Of a stretch of 64,000 nt of DNA, positions 13,451 to 26,327 are shown one piece after another. Origin of the DNA: Utricularia gibba (Eukaryota > Plantae > Magnoliophyta); NCBI GenBank assembly GCA_002189035.1, contig NEEC01000020.1:1860001-1924000 (forward strand), in the 5' to 3' direction. Each line of letters begins with the position of its first letter. Positions within the stretch are counted from its first letter, which is position 1. The notes below the pieces were generated by a model. That model did not search any database, had not been told where the DNA came from, and worked only from the letters and a program-made list of their open reading frames with translations. The position numbers and the translations under genes were made by a program.

Positions 13451-15285
13451 AAGCAAACCCATCTACATAAAACAATACTAGTCAGATTTCCATATCAAAT
13501 AAAAAGTTTGAAGCTTATTAGTCTTCCATTCAACCTTCTATAAATCTAGGAAAGCAAAAAGTTGAGACATATTATTTACAGTGGCAATTCCAAACAACCA
13601 AGTTAGCTCAATCGTCTTTCTGTTGATTTTGAGGGGCCTCTTGAATCTTCTACTAACACATTTTTTCCTTTAATTCATTTTTTTGTTTATAATTTTTTTG
13701 AATTGATAGTCATTTTATTGTTGAGACCATGTAAACTTATTTAAAACCTTATATTCAGAATAAAAACTGAGATGATTTTATGCAATAAAGTTTTCAAAAA
13801 TTATACCAAAGATTCTTGAGTAAGTATACAAAAGCTTTCAAAATAATAAATAAGATCGTTTCAATAAGAAATTTATATTTTTGAATTTCCCGAAATGAAC
13901 TTATTAACAAACAATACCAAAATGAAAAGACAAGTTTTCAAATGATACTATATAGCGACTTTGGATTAAAGTTCCATTATGCAGAAGCTTGGTCATGCAA
14001 ATGTGTGTATGTATGCAAACCTCAATAAATAACTATTTCAATGTACTGACACTCATTTAGTAATAAAAGAAGTATATAGAACAATCAATATCATTCCAAT
14101 GAAAAACCATCTAGGGAAGGGACTACATAAAACATGAAATATTTAACACATACGAATTTATTAGCTATTTGATCATTTATGGTTGTGCCCACTCATTCTC
14201 AGTGTCCTCAGTCTGGCAACTTTAGAAACTGAAGATATGAGATCCGTTTATCCTTAACCTTGGAAAATAGGTAAAAGAGAGTCACCCTCTTCACCAACCT
14301 CACTAGATTTCATCCCCTCAAACTTTTACTTCATATCCTCAACCTCGAACCATCTGGCTATCACTCCATAAAAGGTGGCTCACAGCATACTTGATATAAA
14401 GAAGTGTGCATTCGCAACTTCTTCAAAGGCTTCTAAATCAATCATAGAATTCTACAGTGGAAATCACTTAAAAAAAAAAAGCAACAGGAGAGTTATGTGG
14501 AAAATCTTGTTTTTAGAAACTTTTCGTTGTTCAAAAATTATGAAACATATACCATTGAAAGTTAAGGATTAGAGCTTTCTATACAATCAAACAGCATCAG
14601 AATCCAATCATCCAATTATAAGTTATGAATTTTCTTTTAAAGTAGACCTAGAAACACAGTTCCTAGATGAACCGAACTTCCAAATAGTTTTCATAAAAAT
14701 ACTATAACTTTCTACTCCAAGATCCAAACCGAGAAAAGCTTTTTTGAATAAGAAACTTAACTCAAGGATCTAAAACATTCATTGTTCATGACATAACGAA
14801 ATTCGTAGTAAATAAGCACAGAAAAGCCATAGAACGAAAAGGCATTGACATAATTGCAGAATTAAATAGAAAACATAGAGCAGAATCTCAAAATCCATCA
14901 TCCTGTTTACAGTATACCAAATTCTATCGTTCCAAATCTGAAACCTTCTACTATATCTCTACCTTGCTCCTGCAAAAATTTAGGATTTTAGGACACTCAA
15001 TCAACTCACCACAAATTTATTTCCATAACCATGGAGATTGCTCACTCTTTTCGTCTAACTTGCTGTTCGTGAGTCTTTTTGGGTTTTGGAGCTTACAAGA
15101 GCTTCAAAGCTTCATTTTCATCCTTATATCATTTCAAGTGATCCTTATCCTCAAGTCATGGTATCTTGACCCTATTTAACCCCCTTGAGCAATGCGATCG
15201 ACTCAAAAGGTGGGTACCATATTGCTGCTATCATTTTCACCTATTTTCCATTTTCTTGTTCTTTCATTATTTGTCTAAATTCCGG

Positions 15286-15398
15286 ATGAAACATTGATGT
15301 CTCACATTTCTTGTAAATTTTATGGGGTCTTATATATACGGCTTTTGGGAAACCATCTCAACAACCAAGAGATTCTCTCTAGAAGCATGGGGACTTGG
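15286..15398 (+). pseudogene. psbN: NUPT: plastid psbN, decayed
   Basis: CTTGTAAATTTTATGGGG..TATATACGGCTTTTGGGAAACCATCTCAACAACCAAGAGAT..GAAGCATGGGGAC matches psbN. It lies antisense to psbT/psbB, as in plastomes. Confidence 0.85.
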
Positions 15399-15434
15399 TG
15401 ATGCCATAAATTCAATCAAGATATTAAAAAATTT

Positions 15435-15488
15435 TCCAGCTTTTTAGTTCAATTTGGGGTAGTTCTCAGAAAAAAAATAGCGAAAAAT
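15435..15488 (-). pseudogene. psbT: NUPT: plastid psbT 3' half
   Basis: Minus strand TTTTTCGCTATTTTTTTTTCTGAGAACTACCCCAAATTGAACTAAAAAG resembles psbT TTTTTCGCTATCTTTTTTCGAGAACCGCCTAAAGTTCCAACTAAAAAG. Fused directly to psbB. Confidence 0.75.
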
Positions 15489-16140
15489 ATCTTAGAACAA
15501 TGTTTTCACACGAAGCCAAATGTATCTAAAGATGTAGAGTAAAGAAAATGAAGCATGCACAAAAGTAAACAAACATCTTGTACTACTCCGAATAACACCA
15601 TCAGATTTCAAAGTCGCACAATGTAATTCAAAAATTTCACCCAATTGACCACGTCTAGAAAATATTTTCACAATAGCCAGATCGCTATAACCATTGAGTT
15701 CCTCGCTGGAACTCAACGGTTCCATCTACCTATTCAACACTGTATCTCAATTCTGCCCTTCTAAAGGGAACACCATGTAAAAATATCATCACTGTCAACT
15801 ACAGTTGGTATATGACGTACAAAGAGCTCACGCCCTTTATTATCTGTCAAAATAAGATGGCCCAAACACACAAATGGTATTCCATCTCTACCATCCATTG
15901 GTCCTACTATGAGTGATCCTCCTTTTATCGGATTTCTACCCAATAAGAGTAGTATGATTTCAATTTTTTCCATAAAGCAATCCTTTGCATAGATGTTGCA
16001 GCGGTTAAACATTGAAGTGAAATAGAAAGCTAATATGCCCATCGTATCTGTTCTTGGAAACCATTAAAATTAGACGGGTCATTTAGACATATCACTAGCC
16101 ATGTCAACATGGCTAAAGACAATAAATAGCACACGATCAA
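15489..16140 (-). pseudogene. psbB: NUPT: plastid psbB (CP47) 3' half, decayed
   Basis: GRNPIKGG..GPMDGRDGI...LGHLILTDNKGRELFVRHIPT, VPFRRAELRYSVE and [36 protein letters not shown] correspond to psbB GNNPAKGG..., VPFRRAESKYSVEQ and [40 protein letters not shown]. Confidence 0.93.
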
Positions 16141-16779
16141 GTCTTATGGAGATCTCATAAATGAAAATTTGTAATACTGTTGCAAAAGAAAATAAATCTA
16201 CATATCAAATAAATTTATAATATATAATCGTCACAAAATATAAATTCAACACATAATTTTTAATATTGTTGCAATATATTTTTCGAGTTGTGAAATTCAA
16301 AATAAATTGTACTCTTAATTCAAAGTCAAAATAACAACAGAACACAAGTTCAATAAGTAAAAACAAATCACAATGCAGAAAGTAACAAATATTGATTCTA
16401 TGCATAAAATAATACTAAGATGCCTTAAGGTAATTCAAGTAATATCGTACTCCAGTTCCTAATAGAATCTTTAATATTGATATATTTACACTTGAAACAA
16501 ACAATCTAAGTCTACTCAGGTTATTGATATACAAGATATATAAAACTAGCTCTAACAACTTATCATTTTCTCCCTTAGGTCTACGAAAAAAATGTTAGAA
16601 ATGAACAGATAATATATGCAATTGTTGATTGTCTAGTAAACCCTAAACCACATCATCCTTACAAAACCTTTAGATATCTATAAAATCTAATCACTCATAA
16701 TGAAAAGTAGAATCATTACTTCATAAATTAAAATAAAAGCATGTTCATGATCACAAATTCGAAAGTAGAATAATAATTA

Positions 16780-18704
16780 TAAAACATTCACAATGAAATT
16801 TTGACTAATCAGCATGTCATTGAATTTAAGGCAAAGGGAATGAAATCTGAATTGCTTGTTGATCCTTTCATGCGCTATGTTCATATATTGGTCACTACAA
16901 CCATCTTTGGTAGAAATGTTGGATTTAATGCTCTTTACAAACATGAATTATTTGTGTTGTGGTGTATTATGAAAAAATGAACTTTGAACTTAGGTGTCAT
17001 GCCTGCTGAACAAATGAATAGAGATTTTTGGTGTACGAAAATTTAGCATTTAATTTTTGGTCATATTATTACGCATCTGGTTCATATCCTCTGGCATGAA
17101 AAACTGTCTGAACTTGAATTCTTCCATGTTGAGACTAAGATAGTACCCCTGGATGTATATTCTCTGAAAGTTGTTGGACTAATCAAAGCCCAAGGAAGTG
17201 AGTTTGTTTTCAAATCTTTGGCAGGGCTGGAAGGAAGCATTATCCCAACGAAGAAGAAGGAAGACATTCTTGCTCCATCTACCTCAACTCCAGCCCAAGG
17301 AGAAAAACACTACTGCTGCCCAGAAATATTAGAAGTGATGAGTGATAAAATTTTAGACTGGATTCAGGTGATTACAGAGTTGAAACAGGGAGTGATCGAC
17401 GCCTCCCTGAACAAGTAATCTGCTGCTAGAATGATTTAGTATAGTAGGTTTTTATTTTTATTTTTATTTTTTTTTCATTTTTAGGATCCTGTTTACTTCA
17501 AGAAAGAGTGGTATTTATTAGTTTAACTCTAGACTTAAAGTCATGTTTAATATAGTTTTTGTTTGGTAGCAGCAAACTGTTTCTGATAGCTATGTGATTT
17601 AACATTACAGTTGCTAGATGAATTCTGTTGCATGAGCTTTGTAGACCTTTCTGATACCCGTGATCATGTTTTTATCTCTTTATTTTATGAGAGCATGCGT
17701 ATGACTAGAGGAATCTAAGGAGTGTGATCTAGGTTGTCTTTTTTTATATCAGTTGCTGAACTTCATAGTCAATGTGGAACTGGTTGCCAACCACGAAAAA
17801 AAGCAAAAAGTTGAATAAAGGATCGAAAAAAAAGAGAGAAAAAAAAGAAAAAAAAAACATGAAACCCAAATCCTAAAAAGCAGCACATATCAAAAAAGCA
17901 TGTGCGAACTTAATAAGTAGTGGAAGGGTGAGTAGGGATAGACTAATCCGGAAGAGTATGAAGGAGCCTGGTGTTATAAGAGAGTAGCTAGAACTTTAGG
18001 GATGTCTTAAGGTGAAGCATGGTGGTGTGGACCTAGGATTCATGATATAATTCATCATTGTTTCTTAACTCTTATTTCTATCATTCCATGGATAGACCTA
18101 AAGAGGGGAACAAGTAGTTTCGCAACTGAGATACTTAATTTAGACATAGACCAACAAATCAAAACGGGAGCAGTAGGTGTTAGTCCGGGTAGAACCAATA
18201 GAACCGGGTAGACCTAATTCTATATGCTTTGCATGCAGGTAGACCTAATTGCAATGTTGGTAATGATATTGGGGACTCGCTTAGCCGAAAATGTGATGAA
18301 TGATCTGGATAGATTTAGGTTATTTGAAGTTGTGAGTGCAGGAACATGGTAAATTAAATTAGGCACCTTAGTACCGCACCACGTGTGGACCATTAAAGCA
18401 TTTTAGTATTACTCTGAGTTAGAACCAGTATTTGTTATCTTTAGTGTTGAGACCTGATACTGTTTACTAATCTTGTTTACTGAACTTATTTAACACTATT
18501 GGTCCAAGCTTAGCCTAAGACTCACTGTTATTTCGAATTATGCATCTACTGAAATACTTAGCAAGCACAAGCTCCTTGTGATCGACCCTGACATTCACTA
18601 TACAAGTTTTCTAAATTTGTATTTTGTGTAGATTAGGGTTTATAAATTTATTTGATATTGATTTCTATTTTCATTGCAACGATATTAGGAATTTCCGTTT
18701 ATCA
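16780..18704 (+). mobile_element. Athila remnant: env-like/ORF3 region plus 3' half of a family-A LTR
   Basis: DPFMRYVHILVTTTIFGR..HELFVLWCIM..LNLGV resembles the Athila ORF3/plant-transposon domain. 17990-18704 aligns with the LTRs at 3770-4468 and 53310-54019 (TAAGGTGAAGCATGGTGGTGTG...CCGTTTATCA). Confidence 0.8.
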
Positions 18705-20450
18705 TTCACCACCTAGCTTCTGATGTTTAACTTTCACTTTATGCTACCATCATTCTCTTCTACACGCCTTGCAATATCTAGCTTCATAGCAGACCACCAC
18801 CAGTGCTCTTTTAAGGTCACACCTGGTGAATTTTGTATAGAAGTGCTCATTCATCAGGTTCAACACCATTCTAAAATATTTGGTATGAGTTTCCTCATGA
18901 AGGAAGTAATCCAGCATGTCATCTATGAAACCACAACAAAGTTGTCCATTAATGGTAGAAAAAATCGATTCATTAGATCCATAAAAATCACAAGTGCATT
19001 TGATGGTAGGGTGTCAAATTACATTCTAAATGTCCATACCTGGTCCTAAATGCAGTATTAGGTGTATCTTCTAGCTTGATGTTATCTTAACCTCAAGTCC
19101 AACTTAGAAAACATCCTTGCTCCTTGCAACTAATCAAATAAATCATCTATGCTTGGAAGAGGGTATTTATTCTTGATTGTAAGCTTGTTAAAAGCACTAT
19201 AATCTAGCTCTGAGCCTTTCAGAACAATTCTGAACAACATGACCTAGTTGCTGCCATTTTGGTTGATAAGAAGACTAAAACACCTCTTGCTAGCTTGCTG
19301 CCCATTTGGTTGATATGAACCTCCTCACTTATTCCCAACTTGCTCTTTCCTATTCAGTCAAGTTCCACACTCATTCTAGTAGTCATAAGCTCATTAAACC
19401 TACATAGCTTCTATCATACTAAGGTCATAACCTGACACGTGCTCATCCTCATCAACCATGCACATCTAGGTATACCTAGAATATTCTTAGAACTTCTCTA
19501 AGTACTGCATCACAATTAGATTCTTTGATTAAATCTCAGAAATTAAACTTTCCTCCTATTTAGTTCTCTTGGAAAGAAATTATCCAAGAAAGCTTCTCTA
19601 AATCAATCCATGAAATTATGTTACCATCTAGCACATTATCTACCGCATTCTTAGCTAGCTGCATTTCCTTCCAGCCAATTGTTGATATTTATTTGTTGGA
19701 TTAAACTGTTTTTTTTTTATCTATGTATAAAGCTAATGAACTTGAAACAAGGAATGCATGATGTGTTCACCTGGACACATCTAAATCAGGTCAAAGTGGG
19801 GGAGCCTATGGTTCTCCGGCTTAGAAGAAATCCACTTTCACTTCTCAATACACCCGTGGATCTTGATCAATACAGATCAACATAATGTTCATAAGCAACA
19901 TGAACATTTAATAATACAATAACACCTTCAGAGATAACAACCAATAAAAGGCAAATCAATCACTTCACTGTTTAGCCATAAGATCAGCAAAACTCACCAT
20001 CGGATCATGATCCCCTTAAAGCCATTATGTCCAGCCTTGTCTCCTTAAAAGCTTCAAATGGTGCTTTATGATTGAAACTTATCTTATCCTCTAATCTTCT
20101 TGACATATTTAATTATGAGCTTTTTACAAATTCAGCTTGTACTTGGACTTATAATTTAAATTGCAGCCCAATAATAATATAATCATATGTAGTCCAACAC
20201 CAATGTACAACTAGGGTTGTTTTCATCTACTCATGGCATTCCGACTCAAAATTTTCCTCCAAGCTTCCTCAAAAAAAAACCTTAGATTTCAACCTTTTTC
20301 AAGACCTTATTGTAGCTCCTCAGAGTTCCATCAAATCTGTTCCTACTAGTCGCATCTCCCTAGATAGCATCAATACCTTCCCCAGCTACACAACCACGTA
20401 TATTCGCCCTTTTCTGTACTAGATGCATCTCTCTGGATAGTGTCAGTTGC
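18705..20450 (-). mobile_element. Scrambled Tekay/Del Ty3 gag-pol fragments
   Basis: [49 protein letters not shown] and FMDLMNRFF...FVVVFIDDM. Integrase Zn-finger LKEHWWWSAMKLDIA. Gag- and protease-like remnants at 19.4-20.0 kb. Confidence 0.88.
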
Positions 20451-23400
20451 ATTAATATATTTGCACTACTACAATTAGGGGTGAGCAACTAAGGGTTCAG
20501 ATTGATTATCGAAGGAATACTGAATTACCTATTACCAAATACACATAAAAATAAATAAACAAATCTCATACCAATATTATGTTATATTGATCCTAAGATA
20601 CTGAATACGCATAAAAATATTGGTAATATTTCTACCAGCTATATAACCTTTATTTGAAGAATAAAATTTTATTGAATCTTAAAAAATCAAATTATACCAT
20701 ATAGATAACATTATCAAATAATTGACATTGCTCATAAATTCTAAAATAGTTAGAAATGCAATGGTTAGTTGAAAATAATTAAAAACTACAACAAATACAA
20801 AACAAGAGTGAGTTCAGCACATATATTAACTCTACTTTGTAATCCTCATGATTAAGTTTCATTCTCGAAGAACTATGCATTATACCAGCTATTATCATTG
20901 TTGAAAAAATTTTCTTACATGCAATATGGGCGCATAAAACTCAAAAAAAAAAAGAAGAATACATGAGAAGAACTAGAAAATCATTACTAGCATGATTATA
21001 TCATTTAATAACCATACATCATTAGCATATCAAATAACCAATCAAATTTTAGTATCCAAAAACAAATACCCTCGAAACTGGCACGGAAAGCATCCCTTCC
21101 ATATGACAAGTTTATTCTATATTATTTATATCAAAAGTATCAAAACAAAAAAGGCATAATTATGAAAAAGTATTAAAATGATAAAGGAATGCAGTTTTTT
21201 GCAATTCTTCCATGATATTTGCAATTGGATATTTGTTCAACTACAACGTGAGATTGGTGATCACCACGATGAACCTACTCATGCAATTTATTAATCATTG
21301 ACTAGGAAGGGATAAAAATATGAATTCTTATTAGTGTTAAATATAGACTCAAAGACATCTGTTGGTATTAAAATACCTAAGATATCAGGAGCCATTTGAC
21401 AAAGAATAGGAAATTGAATGTCATTAAGTTTACAGCATGAGAGAATAATGGACTTCGAGTCATTTATCTCTTCTTTATCATTAACCAAATATTTATTTAA
21501 TTCTGATTCATCTGCCGTATCATTTCCTCCTATTGTTTGTCTTTCAATATATCCAAACTTTAAAGTAACCCCAACTCACTTTCCACAATAGTAGATTTGG
21601 AATTTGAAAATCTTCCTGTAGTATTCTTGAATCATTGTTAGTTGCATGAATGTCATTTTTGTTGGCCTGTATCTTATAACACTCATTGAATATAGAAACC
21701 ATGTATTTCTCACTCCTAGTATCATATTTTTTTTTCTTGAGAAACATATATTTCATCGAAACACAAGTCGCCATGTTCCAACTTATGTCGAGGGTTAAAA
21801 ATAACCACTAGAAAAATCAACTTATTCATCTTAATCATCATCCCCAATATTTTTGATACTTCATCCTAATCTCTATAGACACTGCTACCAAATAAATATC
21901 ATTTTCTAATTCTTAACATTTATAAAAAAATATCATCCAAGCTAGCAATTTCATGAAAAAAAAATTGAAGCAGCAAACTTTAAACCAAAAATTCTCAAAG
22001 TCAATTCATAGAAGAGTCTATAATGCACCACAAGTTTGGCTACATTATCCCAATTACCCTTCTAGGGAATTAGGGAGATGTTATTTCCATCTTCAAGCTC
22101 CCTAAAACTAGTGTCTTCCTCTTCATGCATTTCAAATGCAGTCCCAAATTTCAAAGCACATTATGAAATTAAGTTGAGTTTCATCGCATTCGTACATCCA
22201 CAATCAAGGAGCATTTAGACTCTATTTTTGTCGATCAATTCACTCCTTAAATTTTAATAGCCTATGAGAGGATTCTCTAATATAAGCAACTTATGCACTA
22301 ACTCTCTTAACTAAAATTGAAACAAATTTCATAACATCTTTGACTATTGAGTTGATAATATGTGCTACACACCGTATATGTAGTAAATTAAGTTCATCAC
22401 ACTTTCTTCCTTATCTTGATACCTTTCTTGGGGATTTCCTACATGTCCTTAGAACTAGCAATTTTACCAATTTCCTCACCCTTATGTAGTGAAATTGGAG
22501 AGAAACTCATTAGTTTCCGATGCGGGGTCAAATCTCATCAATATATTATGTTGTTAAACATACATAGTTGACATTTTAATAAGAAGTCCAACAATTAGTG
22601 GTAAGACTAAGATTAACACTTTGGTTAGATTTTGTTGAAACCAATTTCAATTTTTCCTTCTCACTACAAAAAAAATCGTACACATCGTGCTACATAGTCC
22701 AACGTCAGTGGAACTTTACACCTCAGATGAACAATACTCATAAAATGCTTAAATTTGCTCCTAGTATCAAATTTAAATGGAAGTTCAGCCATGATAAGAA
22801 GTTCAACTAAGGCTGTTCTTACCATTTCTTGATCACACCTCAAAGTAGTGTGCACTGGCTTTTCCAACCAAAAACTCTATTTCACATTGAATTAGCTCTA
22901 ATGTACACATGAATTGCATTGGGCTGTAAGTTCACCATTTTCATCGTGTATTCTATCACAATTGGGCCAAAAAGATGATGTTGGAGGTAACCTATTACCT
23001 TTTTTTTTACCTCCATAGATGTTGAAGTAGACACCGTAGAAGACAATGGCACAAGAATTCTCAATTCACAAGCCATGTGGTGTGAAATCTACAACATAAA
23101 CGAAACAAGGTTGAAATTTACGAATTCCATAGATAACAAATGCAAAATTATGTAATCTCAATAAAAACAAAAAAGTCAAGCAAATTGCAACATTTACTTG
23201 AAATTCTGAAATAAAAATCTAGGAATACAATAAACATGTTAGTCAGATTTGTAAAATTGATAATTTTATTATCAAATTAAACAACCTTGCAATATTTACC
23301 TTTCAATGCAAAAAAAAAATAAATTGAATAAAAAATACAATAAAAATCCCCAAAAGATTCCCAAAATTGTAAAAAACAAACTCTGAAGAATTGATGCATG

Positions 23401-23458
23401 ATCTCGACTCCCACCACATTAGAAGAATGGAAGAAGTGGGAAAAACGGAAACATTATT

Positions 23459-24300
23459 TGTCACAACCCACTTTTTGGATTTGGAGAAAATGAGTCATAA
23501 CCACTCAATTCTATTAAATACTAGAACTCAATATGTCTTTTCCAACTTGATCCATTAATGCTAAAATAGAATTATATGTAAATGAAGATGTAATGTAGCT
23601 AACCTACGCATAAAAGCTCTATTATAGCACTTGCATCTAAAATGGTTTGTAATAGCATAGCTCCAAAATATAACATCCATTGTACATACATATTCGCACT
23701 ACGATCTCTGGAGAATTTAGGAAGACTCATATAAGATAAGCCACACCTAGCAAACAACCTACACTACTAAGCAAACATCCATATAACCCGGAAAACGTGA
23801 TTGATCACCATACTTCTATTGGCTCCATTAATTCCCTAAAAAAATAAAAATGTAGTCATGTTTTTGAGTTTTAAAACAATTTAAAATCACAAAAATATAA
23901 TAAGAAATAATATAAAGAGTTTATATAAACAACGTGAAAACATATTGTAAATCTCCATAAACTATCTTTTCTCACTTCTCATAGTCTTTGGACCTTGACA
24001 ATGCTATTAGATCATAATAGGTGAGATATAAGGTGTTCTTGCATATGATTTAGCAGTTAGAAGAGCCATCACTAATTATGAAACCACAAACTCAAGCTAT
24101 GCATGACATATGATACCATTCTTACTTCAACTTTATACTTAGTGGCCCACTTATACATGGTACTTCAAACATATCTCACATATTAGACGTAGTGCCCGAT
24201 TGCTGGATGCATGCATCCATACATACTCCATTCTTTCCTAATTTGTTTGCCATATAATACATAGAAATGCAGTTTAAATAAATTACAAAACACAAACTAC
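23459..24300 (-). mobile_element. Ty3 LTR remnant nested in the hAT element
   Basis: Begins TGTCACAACCCACTTT. Its reverse (AAAGTGGGTTGTGACA) resembles the terminus of the solo LTR at 26328-28025 (AAAGTGGGTCATGACA). The other end is not defined. Confidence 0.45.
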
Positions 24301-24881
24301 CAGGGCTCTCAATCCTTATCCAAAACACCTCTAAACCTCTTAAATTCCTTCTCCTCTACAATGATTTTCTTCTTTAGTTTTCTTGCTGGTATTACCCCCT
24401 TCGAAAACTTGTATGGATCATGTTTCTAAATCTCCTAAAATACAGCCTATATATCTCTCCATATACCTCATGCTAACCTTACATCTACAGTACACATGTG
24501 GCACATGCTACATACTTACACTGGCATTTTCCTGCTTGGTTGTTTTTCAAAACTTAAATACTTTAACTTGTCCATTAATTCCTTCAAATTATGGCCAGTA
24601 ACATCCCAAAGTCTAGCACACAATGCAACATTCTTCTTAGTTTGCCAACCGATATCTAGAAATGATGTTTGTATAAAGAAAAAAAATTAAAAACTAGAAG
24701 GTAAAGCCTTTAAAAGTTGACTGCTCACACTATTTTTGAATAAAAATACTGAGAAGGCCAAAGTTTAATATTAAATTATTTATTAAGTATCAATCCCAAC
24801 TCATATTTTATTTATATGAACTCAACTTTATTTCGATAATTTGGTATTTTTCAAAATTATATTCATAATACCGATCCAATA

Positions 24882-24899
24882 CCCCCCCCCCCCCCCCCC
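24882..24899. repeat. Poly-C homopolymer (C18)
   Basis: Seen directly. Confidence 0.95.
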
Positions 24900-25395
24900 A
24901 AAAAAAAAATTAAATAAAATATTGATAATGTTGTCATTGTCAATACCAATATCAAATACATTTAAAGGATTGTACCTATCAGCATAGAAAAATAATGAAA
25001 TATAGAGATAATCACATAAAAAGATATTTGCAAGTAAAACAGACATTTAGAACTTATCATCCCCTTTACACTAAACCAAATCAGTTTCATTTAAAATTAA
25101 AACCTTCCACTACTTCTCTGGTGTACTCCTACAAAGTTTCATGATTTTAGCAGTATGTCTCTATCAACCACACATACTACTTGCTGAATTCGCTGAATTC
25201 CTTGTTATCAAATTCCCCATGTTTTTCTCAAGTGCGTGCCTCCAGAATATTTTTCCTTTACATATTTTCTCTTCATAATTTCAATAAAGCCTATACTTAA
25301 TTTACACCAATGAGCTATATCTATCTTCACCATGTTAAACACTACGTTGAGGGTGCTTGCTCTTCCTTTTATAATTATTTGCTGCTCAATTTTTT

Positions 25396-25909
25396 TTAAT
25401 CCAAATCCTTAAAATGAGATATCTCACACCCATATTCTAGAGCTATGCAAACCTGGTACATAAAATGCACCAAAACCAAATCAAGCCACACCGCGAGAAA
25501 TGAATGAATTAACAAGGTCGGGGGCGAATCCAAAATGGGTTTTCCTGCAAGTTCATCAAGAAAAAGCTCTAGATCCCAATCGACCCAATCCCACATAGAT
25601 TCCAAAAAGCATAAGCTAGAAAACACAATATGAGCTTCAGCTACACCTTCGTAGCTCCAAATGCTAGGATTCGTTACAGACGCTCCTATGATAATCCAAT
25701 CTCTGCACGAAATTGTTATTCCTAAATGAGTCATGAAGGGTACAATGAACATACCCTGTCTCCACACAGAATCACAAGGATAAAAAACTGCTAATTCACT
25801 CAAAGTCATTCAGCCCAGCAACTAGAGCGGTATGCATTATATGGACATAAAATAACCAGCTGGTATCATTGAATACAACGGTATCAACACGTTACCGTGG
25901 AAAACCCAT
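25396..25909 (-). pseudogene. psbB: NUPT: plastid psbB (CP47) 5' third, decayed
   Basis: Starts ATGGGTTTTCCACGGTAACGTGTTGATACCGTTGTATTCAATGAT. Contains [37 protein letters not shown] and [17 protein letters not shown]. Stops and deletions are present. Confidence 0.95.
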
Positions 25910-26327
25910 TAAAAATACCACTTTCTCAAGAAAAAAAAAAGACACGACGTAACTTTATTGCATTGGGAAAGACTAGCCTATGATTATCTTATGTACCTTT
26001 TTTGTTCAATGGATTATTTTCGTGTGTTTTTCTATTTTATTGATAGTATTAAAGAGAAGCAATTTTTTTCTATGAATAAATGTGGAGATCAGTAGGATTT
26101 ATTCGTAGAAATTTGAATGTTTTTCTTTTTTTCGAAATTGTTATACCATATGGATGTTTTTCTAAGGATAAAATGAATCTTATAGAGATAATGTTTTAAA
26201 AACAATAAAATAATAGTATTCCATTATCAAGTTTTTGCATGAAAGTGAAATTAAATAAGTATTTAGTTATTTTTTCTTTTAATTAAAATGATATTATTCC
26301 ATGCCTATTGGTATTCCCAAGTACCAT

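Larger units (their letters stand above)
20476..25050 (-). mobile_element. hAT (Ac/Tam3-like) DNA transposon, decayed transposase at ~21230-23090
   Basis: DQEMVRTALVELLIMAELPFKF...FKHFM (cf. DQE..RKALARMIIVDELPFSFVE) and the dimerisation motif ILSCCKLNDIQFPILCQMAPDILGILIPTDVFESIFNT (cf. DILSWWK.N..RFPILSQMARDILAIPVSTVASESAFST). Left TIR candidate TAGGGGTGAGCA at 20476. ATACC-rich subterminal repeats at both ends. Right boundary is approximate and no TSD was found. Confidence 0.8.

Noticed and set aside
24722-25052. Right TIR of the hAT element (TGCTCACACTA at 24722 or TTATCATCCCCTT at ~25038)
   Set aside because: Neither is a good reverse complement of TAGGGGTGAGCA, and no 8-bp TSD matches, so the boundary is left approximate.
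25396-25809. 137-aa psbB-like ORF as a functional gene or plastid contamination
   Set aside because: Many non-conservative changes, an upstream stop, deletions and interruption by nuclear TEs mark it as a decayed nuclear copy.
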